Shown here: positions 19,781 through 29,973 of the stretch, one piece after another
How positions within the stretch are numbered: the first letter of the stretch is position 1
How the letters are laid out: every line of letters starts with the position of its first letter
Assembly: GCA_043815505.1 (NCBI GenBank)
Contig: JBDRIV010000002.1
Coordinates: 438,943 to 502,942 of the forward strand
Reading direction: 5' to 3'
Source of the DNA: a bacterium
GTDB taxonomy: Bacteria > Patescibacteriota > JABMPQ01 > JBDRIV01
Length of the DNA stretch: 64,000 nt
Translations under genes and position numbers: made by a program
The notes under the pieces: model-generated
What the model was told of the DNA's origin: nothing
Database searches by the model: none
The model's input: only the letters and a program-made list of their open reading frames with translations

Positions 19781-20932
19781 ATGAAAAAAATAATTCTCAC
19801 CCTAGTTATCTGTTTAGTTTTTACAACTCTTGCCTTACCTGCGTTTGCTTTTGATTGGCGTGGAGAGGACAATCCAACTATTGCTGCAGATGAAATTATT
19901 GAGGACGACATTTTTCTTTTTGGCGACACCATCACAATTGATGGGGAAGTAAAAGGAAAAGTTTTTGCTATGGGTAACATGGTAAAAATGGATGGCAAAG
20001 TAGAAGATTTAATTTCCTTTGCCAGTCAAGTCGATATTGATGGTGAAGTAACAGGTGATGCTATAATCGGAGCCATGGCGGTAAATATTAATGGAAGCAT
20101 TGGCGATAATATAGTTGTTGGTAGTAGCAATTTTAATTTAAATGATGAAGCTACCATTGGTCGTGATTTGTACATGGGTGCAGCTCAAGCAATGCTTGAT
20201 GGTGAAGTTAAAAGAAATCTTAATGCCGGTACGGGGAGAATGAATTTAGCAGGTAAAGTGGATGGTAATATGTTTTCTCAATCAAGCAATACATCTTTTG
20301 GCAGTGATGCCAAAGTTGGTGGAAATTTCTCCTATGATGAAAAGGATCAAATTTCTACACCGACTGGAAAAATTATTAGTGATTTTGTAGACGGTAAAGT
20401 AGCAACTACAAATTTCAGTTTGATTAAACATGACCAAAGAAATAATTATATTCCTAGTATTTTTGAATTCATTTACAAATTAGGCGGAGTATTAATTGGT
20501 TTAATAGTTGTGTGGTTGTTTCCTAAAAAGGCTAAAGAAATTATGATGACAAAAAATATGTTCAATTGGATGAATATGTTAATTGGTATCGTTGTAATTT
20601 TTGTCATGCCCTTTTTAGCATTAATGATTCTACTAACACTAATTGGAATTCCAATTTCTCTTTTGCTATTAGCTTTGTATCCGATATTCATCTATTTGGG
20701 GAAAATAGCTGCTGGCGTTTGGTTGGGAGGAAGAATTTTAAATTCCAAAAAAGGATCGGAAAATTCACCATTTTATGCTCTGTTAATTGGCATGGCCATA
20801 CTAATAGTAGCCTCGTTTATACCTGCATTTGGTTGGCTAGCACCATTTGTATTTACAGTATTTGGAATTGGCCTAGTGTTCAAAATAATTTATAAAAAAA
20901 CGAAAGCAAAAAATCAAAATGTCAAAGCTTAA
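19781..20932 (+). CDS. Membrane protein with bactofilin-like beta-helix repeats and C-terminal TM bundle
   Basis: Signal peptide; repeated IDGEVxG/VxIxGxIxDx units; about 5 C-terminal TMs. Confidence 0.7.
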   Translation: MKKIILTLVICLVFTTLALPAFAFDWRGEDNPTIAADEIIEDDIFLFGDTITIDGEVKGKVFAMGNMVKMDGKVEDLISFASQVDIDGEVTGDAIIGAMAVNINGSIGDNIVVGSSNFNLNDEATIGRDLYMGAAQAMLDGEVKRNLNAGTGRMNLAGKVDGNMFSQSSNTSFGSDAKVGGNFSYDEKDQISTPTGKIISDFVDGKVATTNFSLIKHDQRNNYIPSIFEFIYKLGGVLIGLIVVWLFPKKAKEIMMTKNMFNWMNMLIGIVVIFVMPFLALMILLTLIGIPISLLLLALYPIFIYLGKIAAGVWLGGRILNSKKGSENSPFYALLIGMAILIVASFIPAFGWLAPFVFTVFGIGLVFKIIYKKTKAKNQNVKA

Positions 20933-22172
20933 GGAAATTAAAGACAATTTAGAAATCTACAAAGCAGAAATACAAAAAAGAGGATTGCAATTGGATGTGG
21001 AAAAAATTATTGCTGATAATGAGAAAAGAATAGAATTGCAAACAGAAATTGAAACTTTGCGCGCCGAGCAAAATAAATCTTCTAAAAAAGATATTTCCGC
21101 TGACGAAATTAGTAAACTAAAAGAATTAAAAGAACAAATAAAAGAAAAGCAAGCAAAACTTGATGAATGGCAAAAAAAAGCGAATAATCTGGCAGCTAAA
21201 ATTCCTAACATAACCAAAGATGATGTTCCAGTGGGAAAGGATGAAAAAGATAATGTAGTTGTAAAGGAGTGGGGAAAAAAGAAGGATTTTAAATTCCCAG
21301 CACAAGATCATGTTGCTCTGGGAAAAATATTAGACGGCTTGGACATGGTTAAAGCAGCTGAAGTTTCTGGCAGTCGATTCTATTATCTTAAAAATGATTT
21401 GGCTAGGTTGGAGATGGCTTTAATTAATCATGCTATTGATTTTGTAAACAAAAAAAGTTTTGAATTTGTTATGCCACCAATTTTAGTACGCGAAGATGCA
21501 ATGTATGGTACCGGCTTCTTTCCAGCGGAAAAAAATGAAATTTATAATGTTAATCCCGCTGATGATAATTTATTTCTAATTGGAACCTCGGAAGTATCAC
21601 TGGCCAGTTTGCACAAAAACGATATCCTGGATAAAAATGAATTACCAAAAAAATATGCTGCCTTTTCACCATGTTTTCGCAGAGAAGCTGGATCATATGG
21701 TAAAGACACAAAAGGGATTTATCGTGTTCATCAGTTTAATAAAGTGGAAATGTTTATGTATGTTGATCCCGAAAAAAGTTGGGATACACATGAAGAATTA
21801 ATAAAATTATCGGAAGAATTTATTGAATCTTTAGAAATTCCATATCGCACGGTAAATTGCTGTAGTGGAGAATTAAGCATGACCAGCGCTAAAAGATATG
21901 ACATAGAAGCATGGATGCCGGGCAGAGGAAGCTACGGAGAAGTTGGTTCAACCTCAAACACCACAGATTATCAGACAAAAAGGCTTGGTATTAAAACAAC
22001 CAATGAAAAAGGTGAGAAGGTTTATTGTCACACCATGAATTCAACGGTAATGGCGGCGCCAAGATATATTATTGCTATCTTAGAAAACAATCAGCAGGCT
22101 GATGGGAGTGTTGTGATACCAAAAGTTTTACAAAAATACATGAATCTTAAAAAATTGGAATCGCAGAAATGA
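20919..22172 (+). CDS. serS: Serine-tRNA ligase
   Basis: Coiled-coil arm; LIGTSE, CFRREAGSYGKDTKGIYRVHQFNKVE, ILENNQQADG. Confidence 0.98.
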   Translation: MSKLKEIKDNLEIYKAEIQKRGLQLDVEKIIADNEKRIELQTEIETLRAEQNKSSKKDISADEISKLKELKEQIKEKQAKLDEWQKKANNLAAKIPNITKDDVPVGKDEKDNVVVKEWGKKKDFKFPAQDHVALGKILDGLDMVKAAEVSGSRFYYLKNDLARLEMALINHAIDFVNKKSFEFVMPPILVREDAMYGTGFFPAEKNEIYNVNPADDNLFLIGTSEVSLASLHKNDILDKNELPKKYAAFSPCFRREAGSYGKDTKGIYRVHQFNKVEMFMYVDPEKSWDTHEELIKLSEEFIESLEIPYRTVNCCSGELSMTSAKRYDIEAWMPGRGSYGEVGSTSNTTDYQTKRLGIKTTNEKGEKVYCHTMNSTVMAAPRYIIAILENNQQADGSVVIPKVLQKYMNLKKLESQK

Positions 22173-23293
22173 AAAACAATCATCTGACATGGATTGAAAT
22201 AGATAAAAAAGCGCTGCTATCAAATCTTAGCGCTTTTACAAATTTGGTGGGAAAAAAAGTAGAGGTAATGCCAGTAGTAAAAAGCAATGCCTATGGTCAT
22301 GGTTTAGCTGAAGTGGTAGGAATAATTAAAAATAAAGTTAAAACTTTATGTGTTGTTAATGTTGAAGAAGGCTTAAATTTAAGAAAGTTGGGTTTTAAAA
22401 AAAGAATTGTAGTTTTAGGATTTTATAACGAGAATAATTTAGCAGCGGGAATTAAGAAAGATATTGAATTACCGATTTATACGGAAAAACAATTACAAAT
22501 TATTGCTGCTACCGCTAAAAAAATTAAACGATCAGCTAAGGTTCATATTAAAATAGATACAGGAAATTCTCGTTTGGGTAAATTACCAAAAGATTTCCTA
22601 ACTTTCTTTAATAAAATTACACAAGAAAAAAGTATAAAAGTAGTTGGTTTGTATTCACATTTTTCTTCATCCGAAGATGAAAATCTGAGTTTTACGAATA
22701 AACAATTACAGAGATATTCTGAAATTATAGCCAAACTTCCGCGTAATAATTTTCGTTATCATATTGGTTGTTCAGCTTCAACTTTAAATGTTCCAACCTC
22801 ATATTTTTCAGCTGTACGCATTGGCATTGGTTTGTATGGTTTGTGGCCGTCTAATTTCACAAAACAAAGAACTAAAAGTAAAAATGGATTTTCCCTGCAG
22901 CCAGTGCTAAGTTTAAAAAGTAAAATAATTCAGATAAAAGAAGTTCCCGCCGGAAGTTATATTGGTTACAGTCGAACAAAAAAAGTAAAGCAAAAAACTA
23001 AGGTAGCAGTTGTTCCTGTGGGTTACTATGACGGATTGGATAGATTGTTATCAAATAATGGTGAAGTAACAATTCAAAATAAGCGATGTCCAATTATTGG
23101 AAATATTTGTATGAACATGTTTATGGTGAATGCTACCAAATTGAAAAATGTTAAAGAAGGAGAAGTAGTCACAATTATTGGACAAAATCAAAAAGCAGGT
23201 CCCATCGCTGATGAGATCGCCAAGCGTACCAAAACTATAAATTATGAAGTCGTAACTAGACTAAATCCTACAATACAAAGAATAGTTAAATAA
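22169..23293 (+). CDS. alr: Alanine racemase
   Basis: VVKSNAYGHG (PLP lysine), HIKIDTG, VGYYDG, GNICMN, TINYEV. Confidence 0.96.
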   Translation: MKNNHLTWIEIDKKALLSNLSAFTNLVGKKVEVMPVVKSNAYGHGLAEVVGIIKNKVKTLCVVNVEEGLNLRKLGFKKRIVVLGFYNENNLAAGIKKDIELPIYTEKQLQIIAATAKKIKRSAKVHIKIDTGNSRLGKLPKDFLTFFNKITQEKSIKVVGLYSHFSSSEDENLSFTNKQLQRYSEIIAKLPRNNFRYHIGCSASTLNVPTSYFSAVRIGIGLYGLWPSNFTKQRTKSKNGFSLQPVLSLKSKIIQIKEVPAGSYIGYSRTKKVKQKTKVAVVPVGYYDGLDRLLSNNGEVTIQNKRCPIIGNICMNMFMVNATKLKNVKEGEVVTIIGQNQKAGPIADEIAKRTKTINYEVVTRLNPTIQRIVK

Positions 23294-23294
23294 T

Positions 23295-24389
23295 ATGAGT
23301 AAAAAAACTATTGCCGTAATATTTGGAGGCAAATCTGCGGAACATGAAGTTTCTTTAGTTTCTGCTACAAGTGTTATAAAAAATTTGGTAGCAGCTAACT
23401 TTGCTGTTCTGCTCATTGGTGTCAGCAAGGAAGGTAATTGGTTACAAGGAAAAGATGTAATAGAGGCCATGAAAAAAGGTCAGAACTTAAAAAATTATTC
23501 TTCCCCTCAGCTCATACCAAGTTTTACTAAAAATGATTTAGATAATATTGATGTCTTTTTTCCTATGATTCACGGCACTTATGGTGAAGACGGGGCACTG
23601 CAAGGCTTTTTAGAAATGACAGGCAAGCCCTATGTGGGTGCTGGCATTTTAGGTTCAGCCACAGCCATGGATAAAATCGTTATGAAAATTATCATTGAAA
23701 AAGAGGGTTTGCCAGTTTCAAAGTGGGACTATTTTACCAAAAATGAATGGCAAAAAGATAAAAACAGTATAGTTATGAGAATCGAAAACAGTTTGTCATA
23801 TCCGCTTTTTATAAAACCGGCCAATTTAGGTTCCAGTATTGGTATTAATAAAGCAAAAAATGTTAGTGAATTAGAAGTAGGTATAAATGAAGCAACCAGC
23901 TTTGATACCAGAATACTAGTTGAGGAGGCGGTGGCAAATGCCAGAGAAATTGAATTTGCGGTTTTGGGCAATGAAGAACTAGAAATTACACCACCAGGTG
24001 AAATTGTTTCCTCCAATGAATTCTATGATTATGATGCTAAATATGTTGATGATAAATCAGAGGAAAAAATACCAGCTGAGTTTAAGGACAAAGAAATTAT
24101 TAGTAAAATGCAAACAGTGGCTAAAAAAGCTTTTACCTTACTTGATTGTTATGGCATGGGCCGAGTAGATTTTTTGGTAAATAGGGAAACGGAAGAATTT
24201 TATATAAATGAAATTAATACCATTCCTGGATTTACCAGTATTAGTATGTATCCAAAACTGTGGCAAGCAGCCGGATTAAATTATCAAGATTTATTACAGA
24301 AATTAATTTTTTTAGCAGAAGCCAAATTTAAAACCAGAAACAGTTTAAATACCAGTTATCAACCCAAAAAAGATTGGTATAGTAAATAA
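23295..24389 (+). CDS. ddl: D-alanine-D-alanine ligase
   Basis: GGKSAEHEVS, HGTYGEDG, KPANLGSSIG, FYDYDAKY, NEINTIPGFT. Confidence 0.97.
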   Translation: MSKKTIAVIFGGKSAEHEVSLVSATSVIKNLVAANFAVLLIGVSKEGNWLQGKDVIEAMKKGQNLKNYSSPQLIPSFTKNDLDNIDVFFPMIHGTYGEDGALQGFLEMTGKPYVGAGILGSATAMDKIVMKIIIEKEGLPVSKWDYFTKNEWQKDKNSIVMRIENSLSYPLFIKPANLGSSIGINKAKNVSELEVGINEATSFDTRILVEEAVANAREIEFAVLGNEELEITPPGEIVSSNEFYDYDAKYVDDKSEEKIPAEFKDKEIISKMQTVAKKAFTLLDCYGMGRVDFLVNRETEEFYINEINTIPGFTSISMYPKLWQAAGLNYQDLLQKLIFLAEAKFKTRNSLNTSYQPKKDWYSK

Positions 24390-25280
24390 ATGGGAAGAAG
24401 AAAAACATCATACGGAAAAAAGAAATATCGCGATCCCTTAAATAGAAGAACGCTTAGAAAAAGAAGAATGCATCGATCAACATCGAAGATTTACGGTCAG
24501 CAAGTCAGAAGTAGTAGAATGGAAACAGATTCAGCTTGGCAAAAAAGGGGATATTTATTTTTTGTAGTCATATTTGTCGCCATAGTTGTATATTTGTTTT
24601 TTTACAGTCCTGTTTTTGCCATTGAGGGATTAGTGGTACCAGAGGCTGCTAATGTTCCTTCAGCGCGAGTAAAAGAAGTTCTAAATGAAGAGCTGAATAA
24701 AAGTTTCTTAGGAATATTACCCAAAAGAAACATTTTCATATTTTCAGAAAACAAAGTCAAAAAAGATGTTTTAAATAAAATTCCCCAGTTAGAAGATATT
24801 ACTTTAACCAGAAGGCTTCCCGATGTATTGAAAGTTGAACTAAAAGAAAAAACACCTTCAGCGATTTGGATGTCAGGTGGCGTTCCTTATTTTGTAGATG
24901 ACGAAGGAATAATTGCTTATCAAGTTCCGTTACAATTAGTACGAACGGCCACAGTGCCTATAATTAAAGATCGTTTGAATAAAGAAGTTGAAGCAAATAC
25001 TTTAGTGATGGATAAAACTTCATTGCTACTGGCTACCGAACTAAACAGTAAATTTGAGGCTCGCAACGGAATAAAAATTCACTCTTTCAGCGTTCCTGCT
25101 AAAGGAGCAGAGGAAGTTCATGTGGTCACCGAAGCTGGTTGGTATGTCTATTTTTCAACAGCTCGCTCAGCTGATGCACAATTAAACGACCTGGTTTTAT
25201 CTTTACGCGAGCAAATAAAGTCAACAAATAATTTAGAATACATCGATTTAAGAGTAACAGATAAAGTTTATTATAAATAA
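24390..25280 (+). CDS. ftsQ: Cell division protein FtsQ/DivIB-like (POTRA)
   Basis: Basic N-tail, single TM, POTRA region, C-terminal EYIDLR; follows ddl. Confidence 0.8.
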   Translation: MGRRKTSYGKKKYRDPLNRRTLRKRRMHRSTSKIYGQQVRSSRMETDSAWQKRGYLFFVVIFVAIVVYLFFYSPVFAIEGLVVPEAANVPSARVKEVLNEELNKSFLGILPKRNIFIFSENKVKKDVLNKIPQLEDITLTRRLPDVLKVELKEKTPSAIWMSGGVPYFVDDEGIIAYQVPLQLVRTATVPIIKDRLNKEVEANTLVMDKTSLLLATELNSKFEARNGIKIHSFSVPAKGAEEVHVVTEAGWYVYFSTARSADAQLNDLVLSLREQIKSTNNLEYIDLRVTDKVYYK

Positions 25281-25622
25281 ATGAAATATCCTTACGCCCG
25301 CATAACTTTTTACAGCGCTTTAATTCTCAATTTAATTATATGGGCTTTGTCTTATTATATGTTTCCTCCGGAAAGTGAAACAGTAATTTTGCATTACAAC
25401 GTATATTTTGGTGTTGATTTGTTTGATGTCTGGTGGAAAATACTTATAATACCGTTAGTAGGATTAGTTTTATGGATAATAAATTTAGCAATTGCTAGAT
25501 TTATGTATTTGAATAACAAACCCATGCGTATAATTTTGGGTGCAGTTACAATTGTAATACAAGTAATATTGCTAATTTCTTTAATAGCGATTTGGGCGGT
25601 TAACAATGCAAATAACTCGTAA
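25281..25622 (+). CDS. Small 3-TM membrane protein (DUF1648-like)
   Basis: ILHYNVYFGVD motif, three hydrophobic segments. Confidence 0.6.
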   Translation: MKYPYARITFYSALILNLIIWALSYYMFPPESETVILHYNVYFGVDLFDVWWKILIIPLVGLVLWIINLAIARFMYLNNKPMRIILGAVTIVIQVILLISLIAIWAVNNANNS

Positions 25623-27141
25623 GCTACATTTTAAAAACTATCTCTTAACCTCTAAAAAAGATAAGAGGTATTTTAGAATTTTGGAAACTTTACCGGCAAC
25701 TTTAGCTTGGTCAACTTTAATTGGTGGTGTTGTATTTTCGTTTATTTATCCTGCTTTGGTGGCAATTTTTATAATAGTTTTTGATGTTTATTGGTTAATT
25801 AGAGTTATATATTTAAGCGGTTATCTAATTCTATCTTACCGAGTTTTAAAAACTAATGTTAATACAAATTGGCTAACAAAAGTAAAAAAAGATTTTGCTG
25901 AAGAATTTGAAAATATTTATCATTTAATTATTCTTCCCACCCTTGATGAAGGAGAAGAACTTCTAAAAATGAGTTTTGATTCACTGGTAAAATCAAATTA
26001 TTCGCAAGATAAAATGATAATTGTGTTAGCCGGTGAAGCTAGATCGGGACATGAAGGAATCGATAAATTAAATTTGATTAAGGAAAAATATCAAAATTAT
26101 TTCAAGAATTTTGTTGTCACCATTCATCCGGAAGGTTTACCCGATGAGATTCCGGGTAAGGGATCAAATGAAGCGTACGCAGCTAAAATTATAAGGAAGT
26201 ACATTGATGAAGAAAGAATTGATTACGAAAATGTAATTTTATCAGTTTTTGATGCTGATACGGCAGTACACAGTGAATTTTTTGGTCGCTTAACTCACGC
26301 ATATTTAAGTTCAGATAATAAATTACATTCCAGCTATCAGCCCATTCCCATGTTTTTCAATAATATTTGGGATGCACCCGCTTTGTCGCGTGTGGTAGCT
26401 TTTGGGACAACTTTTTGGCAAATGATGGAACAAGGTCGACCGGAAAGATTATATACATTTTCTTCTCACAGTATGAGTTTTAAAACCTTGGTGGATATTG
26501 GCTACTGGGAAACCAATGTAGTTTCTGAGGACTCACGTATTTTTTGGCAATGTTTTAATCATTATCGGGGAAATTACAAATCAACACCTTTGCACATGCC
26601 TATATATATGGACACGGTTTTAGCAGATACAGTTTGGAGAAGTTTTGTTAATCAGTATAAGCAACAAATGCGTTGGGCTTACGGAGCAGAAAATATTCCT
26701 TACATTTTAACTGCTTTTAGAAAGTTAAAAAATATTCCTTGGCAGAAGAAACTGCTACATTCATTTTATGTAATTGAAGGTAGTCATTCTTGGGCAACCA
26801 ATGCGCTACTAATATTTGGTTTAGGTTGGTTGCCAATAATTTTGGGTGGAGATTCCTTCAACCAAACGGTATTAGCTCAAAGCCTACCGTTTATAACGCA
26901 AATTCTAATGACGCTGGCCATGGTTGGAATGTTTGTATCAGCCGCTCTAAGTTTCTTGTTGTTGCCAAAACCAAAACAGAAATCCCGTTCCCGATATTTC
27001 GGTGCTATAGTTTTTCAATGGATATTACTTCCAATTTCAACAATATTTTTTGGTGCTCTGCCTGCTTTGCACGCCCAAACAAAATTAATGCTCGGAAGAT
27101 ATATGGGTTTTTGGTCAACTGAAAAAGTAAGAAAAAGCTAA
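25606..27141 (+). CDS. Membrane-integrated glycosyltransferase family 2
   Basis: GKGSN, FDAD, SED, QQMRWAYG (QxxRW), N- and C-terminal TMs. Confidence 0.88.
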   Translation: MQITRKLHFKNYLLTSKKDKRYFRILETLPATLAWSTLIGGVVFSFIYPALVAIFIIVFDVYWLIRVIYLSGYLILSYRVLKTNVNTNWLTKVKKDFAEEFENIYHLIILPTLDEGEELLKMSFDSLVKSNYSQDKMIIVLAGEARSGHEGIDKLNLIKEKYQNYFKNFVVTIHPEGLPDEIPGKGSNEAYAAKIIRKYIDEERIDYENVILSVFDADTAVHSEFFGRLTHAYLSSDNKLHSSYQPIPMFFNNIWDAPALSRVVAFGTTFWQMMEQGRPERLYTFSSHSMSFKTLVDIGYWETNVVSEDSRIFWQCFNHYRGNYKSTPLHMPIYMDTVLADTVWRSFVNQYKQQMRWAYGAENIPYILTAFRKLKNIPWQKKLLHSFYVIEGSHSWATNALLIFGLGWLPIILGGDSFNQTVLAQSLPFITQILMTLAMVGMFVSAALSFLLLPKPKQKSRSRYFGAIVFQWILLPISTIFFGALPALHAQTKLMLGRYMGFWSTEKVRKS

Positions 27142-28235
27142 TGGCATATTTTCTTACATTTCTATTAAGTTTCATTTTGGCGATTATCATAACGCCTTTA
27201 ATCATTAAGTTGGCAAAAAAAGGTAAAATATTGGATCAGCCAACAGCACCAAGAAAAATACATAAGCAACCCAAACCCTTGTTAGGAGGATTAGCGGTTT
27301 ATTTTAGCTTTGTAATTGTAATTATAATCATAATTCTTTCTTATAAATCAGATTTATTATTTGGCGGTTATTTGTTACCTAAACATGTACTGGGGTTTTT
27401 ACTAGGAGGATTAGTGTTAATGATAGGTGGTTATATTGACGATAAATATAATCTGAAACCTAAACAACAAATTGTATTTCCTTTGATTGCCAGTGGCATA
27501 ATAATTGCTTCAGGGATTGGCATAGAGTATATTAGAACTCCTTTTGGAGCCCTTGAGTTAAATGGATTGCAATTGGAACTGTTTTCCCTTAATGGTGTCC
27601 CATATCAAATTGCCTTATGGTCAGATTTATTTACTGTAGTATGGTTAATGGTATTAATGTATACAACAAAATTCTTGGATGGGTTGGACGGATTAGTCTC
27701 GGGCATAACGGTTATTTCATCTTTTGTATTATTTTTACTAAGTATTTCCGAAGAAGTTGCTCAACCCGAAACTGCTCTGCTAGCAATAATATTAGCTGGA
27801 GCAGTAGCCGGCTTTTTACTATATAATTTCAATCCTGCTAAAATATTTTTAGGAGAAAGTGGAAGCACCTTTTTAGGTTTTGCTTTAGCAGTAATTGCGA
27901 TAATTTCTGGCGGAAAAATTGCCACCGCTTTACTATTACTTGGTCTGCCAGTATTGGATGTAATCTGGGTTATTTTACAAAGACTAGTGAACAAAAGAAA
28001 AATTACCTCAGCTGATAAGGCTCATTTGCATTTCAGGCTTCTAGATATTGGTTTATCACAAAGAAAGATTGTTTTAATTCTTTATGCCTTAACAGCTGTT
28101 TTTGGTGCCAGTGCTTTATATGTATCTGGAGAAAATAAAATATTTGCATTGTTTGCAGTGCTAATAATGATGTTAATAATAATTAGCGGGATGACATTTT
28201 ATTCCTTCAAAATAAAAAATAAAGCCGATCAATGA
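27141..28235 (+). CDS. Undecaprenyl-phosphate GlcNAc-1-phosphate transferase (WecA/TagO, MraY family)
   Basis: GYIDD, LDGLDGL, NFNPAKIFLGESGS, ADKAHLHFRL. Confidence 0.9.
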   Translation: MAYFLTFLLSFILAIIITPLIIKLAKKGKILDQPTAPRKIHKQPKPLLGGLAVYFSFVIVIIIIILSYKSDLLFGGYLLPKHVLGFLLGGLVLMIGGYIDDKYNLKPKQQIVFPLIASGIIIASGIGIEYIRTPFGALELNGLQLELFSLNGVPYQIALWSDLFTVVWLMVLMYTTKFLDGLDGLVSGITVISSFVLFLLSISEEVAQPETALLAIILAGAVAGFLLYNFNPAKIFLGESGSTFLGFALAVIAIISGGKIATALLLLGLPVLDVIWVILQRLVNKRKITSADKAHLHFRLLDIGLSQRKIVLILYALTAVFGASALYVSGENKIFALFAVLIMMLIIISGMTFYSFKIKNKADQ

Positions 28236-28675
28236 AAAAATTAATTTATATTGTAATTTTGCTAGTTGTAGTTGTAGGAATTGCTGGTTGTGGAAGTAAA
28301 CAACAAGGAGCGACAGTTAAAATAGATAACACAATTTATAATGTTGAAGTGGTAAAAAGTTATAATGATAAAAAAGTCGGACTTTCAAATCACACTAATT
28401 TGGCAGAAAATAATGGTATGATTTTTGTTTATGATGATAAAGCCGTTAGAGGCTTTTGGATGAAAGATATGGATTTTAATATTGATATCATTTGGATTGA
28501 TGATAATATAATTAAACACATTGAACACAATGTTCCCAAACCAAAAAGTGAGGATAAAGATTTACCAGTCTATAAGCCCCAAGTAGCAGTTAATTATGTT
28601 CTAGAAATTCCGGCTGAAGATAGTAAAAAATATCAAATGTCAGAAGGCGATCAGGTAGAAATAAGTTTGCCTTGA
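28232..28675 (+). CDS. DUF192 family lipoprotein
   Basis: Lipobox IAGC; GMIFVY..FWMKDMDFNIDIIW..YVLE. Confidence 0.88.
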   Translation: MKKLIYIVILLVVVVGIAGCGSKQQGATVKIDNTIYNVEVVKSYNDKKVGLSNHTNLAENNGMIFVYDDKAVRGFWMKDMDFNIDIIWIDDNIIKHIEHNVPKPKSEDKDLPVYKPQVAVNYVLEIPAEDSKKYQMSEGDQVEISLP

Positions 28676-28700
28676 CATAAAAAGAGATTTCTATTAGGAT
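28672..28700 (+). promoter_or_regulatory. Sigma70-type promoter of rplU
   Basis: TTGACA-17-TAGGAT. Confidence 0.7.
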
Positions 28701-28722
28701 ACTTTTATAATTAAAAACATAT

Positions 28723-29034
28723 ATGCTAGCAATAGTAAATTACAAAGGAAAGCAATTCCAAGTAAAAAAAGGCGACGATATAGTTATACCAAAAACTAAC
28801 AAAAAAGAAAAAAGTCAAATTGATTTGGGCAAGGTTTTATTAGTGGGTGATAGTAAAGGTACAAAAATAGGAACTCCTTATGTTAAGGATGCTAAAGTTA
28901 CAGCGGAAATAGTGGCAGATTATAAAGCTAAAAAAGTAATATCTGGAAAATTTAAAGCCAAAAAAAGATATCGCCGACGCATCGGTAATCGTCAGAAATA
29001 TACCAAAGTAAAAATAACTGAAATTAAAGGATAA
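28723..29034 (+). CDS. rplU: 50S ribosomal protein L21
   Basis: MLAIVNYKGKQFQV, IGTPYV, KKRYRRRIGNRQKYT. Confidence 0.95.
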   Translation: MLAIVNYKGKQFQVKKGDDIVIPKTNKKEKSQIDLGKVLLVGDSKGTKIGTPYVKDAKVTAEIVADYKAKKVISGKFKAKKRYRRRIGNRQKYTKVKITEIKG

Positions 29035-29107
29035 TCCAGCTCCAGTTTAAAACAAAATAGCAGTTCAACCTGCTATTTTATTATTCTTTTAAACTGGGGC
29101 TGGATTA
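29032..29107. repeat. Palindromic element copy 2; bidirectional terminator between rplU and recR
   Basis: 21-bp arms TAATCCAGCTCCAGTTTAAAA / TTTTAAACTGGGGCTGGATTA (one wobble) with nested hairpin AAAATAGCAG/CTGCTATTTT. Confidence 0.85.
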
Positions 29108-29698
29108 GTATTCGTTTCTATTTTCCATTGCTTTAGAAAGGGTTATATCATCTGCATATTCCAAAAAGCCACCTACCGGTAATCCTCTCGCTATGCGTGA
29201 TAGTTTTACGTTCAGAGGTTTAATTTTTTTAGCTACATACATAGCTGTCGCTTCACCTTCCATGGAAGGGTTGGTAGCAATAATAACTTCCTTAATAGAT
29301 TCATTTTCTAAACGAGAAACCAGTGAATCTATTTTTAATTGGTCAGGACCAATGCCGTCAATAGGAGAGAGGGTACCGTGCAAAACGTGATACAAACCCT
29401 TATAATCACCTGTATGTTCAATGGCCACAACATCTAGAACAGTTTCTACCAAGCAAATTGTTTCCTGGTCACGAGCGGAATTAGCACAAATTGTACACAA
29501 ATTATTTTCTGTTAAATTATGACATTTTCTACAAAGATTTACTTTAGCGTGCAATTCACTTAGAGCAGTGGCAAAAGCTTGCAGGTCTTCAGGTTCTTGT
29601 TTAAGCAAATAAAAAGCCAACCGCTGGGCGGTTTTATTTCCAATACCAGGCAATTTGGCAAACTCATCTATTAAATCTTGAATAGGCGCTGGTAGCAT
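29105..29698 (-). CDS. recR: Recombination mediator RecR
   Basis: LPGIGNKTAQRLA, C4 zinc finger, YHVLHG, EGEATA, GFLEYAD. Confidence 0.98.
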   Translation of the reverse strand: MLPAPIQDLIDEFAKLPGIGNKTAQRLAFYLLKQEPEDLQAFATALSELHAKVNLCRKCHNLTENNLCTICANSARDQETICLVETVLDVVAIEHTGDYKGLYHVLHGTLSPIDGIGPDQLKIDSLVSRLENESIKEVIIATNPSMEGEATAMYVAKKIKPLNVKLSRIARGLPVGGFLEYADDITLSKAMENRNEY

Positions 29699-29973
29699 TA
29701 GGCCAAATTATCCATATCAATATCACCCGATTTCATTTTATCCATCATGGTTTTGTTGATAGCATCACGGGCATCCTTGTAAGCGGCTACTAAACCTGTT
29801 TCAATTTTACTTTTGTTGGCTGGTTGTAGAAAACTTTCTGAAATTTCAATACCAGTAATATCCATTGTTCCGTTCATATGTAGTTTGATGTTTTCCTCGG
29901 CTGCCGTTCCGGTAACTTCTTCCTTGGACATAGAACTTTTAAGTTTTTGGAGTTGACGTAGTTTGTTAAACAT
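29698..29973 (-). CDS. ybaB: YbaB/EbfC family nucleoid-associated protein
   Basis: 91 aa, coupled directly upstream of recR; MNGTMDITGIEI..AAYKDA pattern. Confidence 0.75.
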   Translation of the reverse strand: MFNKLRQLQKLKSSMSKEEVTGTAAEENIKLHMNGTMDITGIEISESFLQPANKSKIETGLVAAYKDARDAINKTMMDKMKSGDIDMDNLA

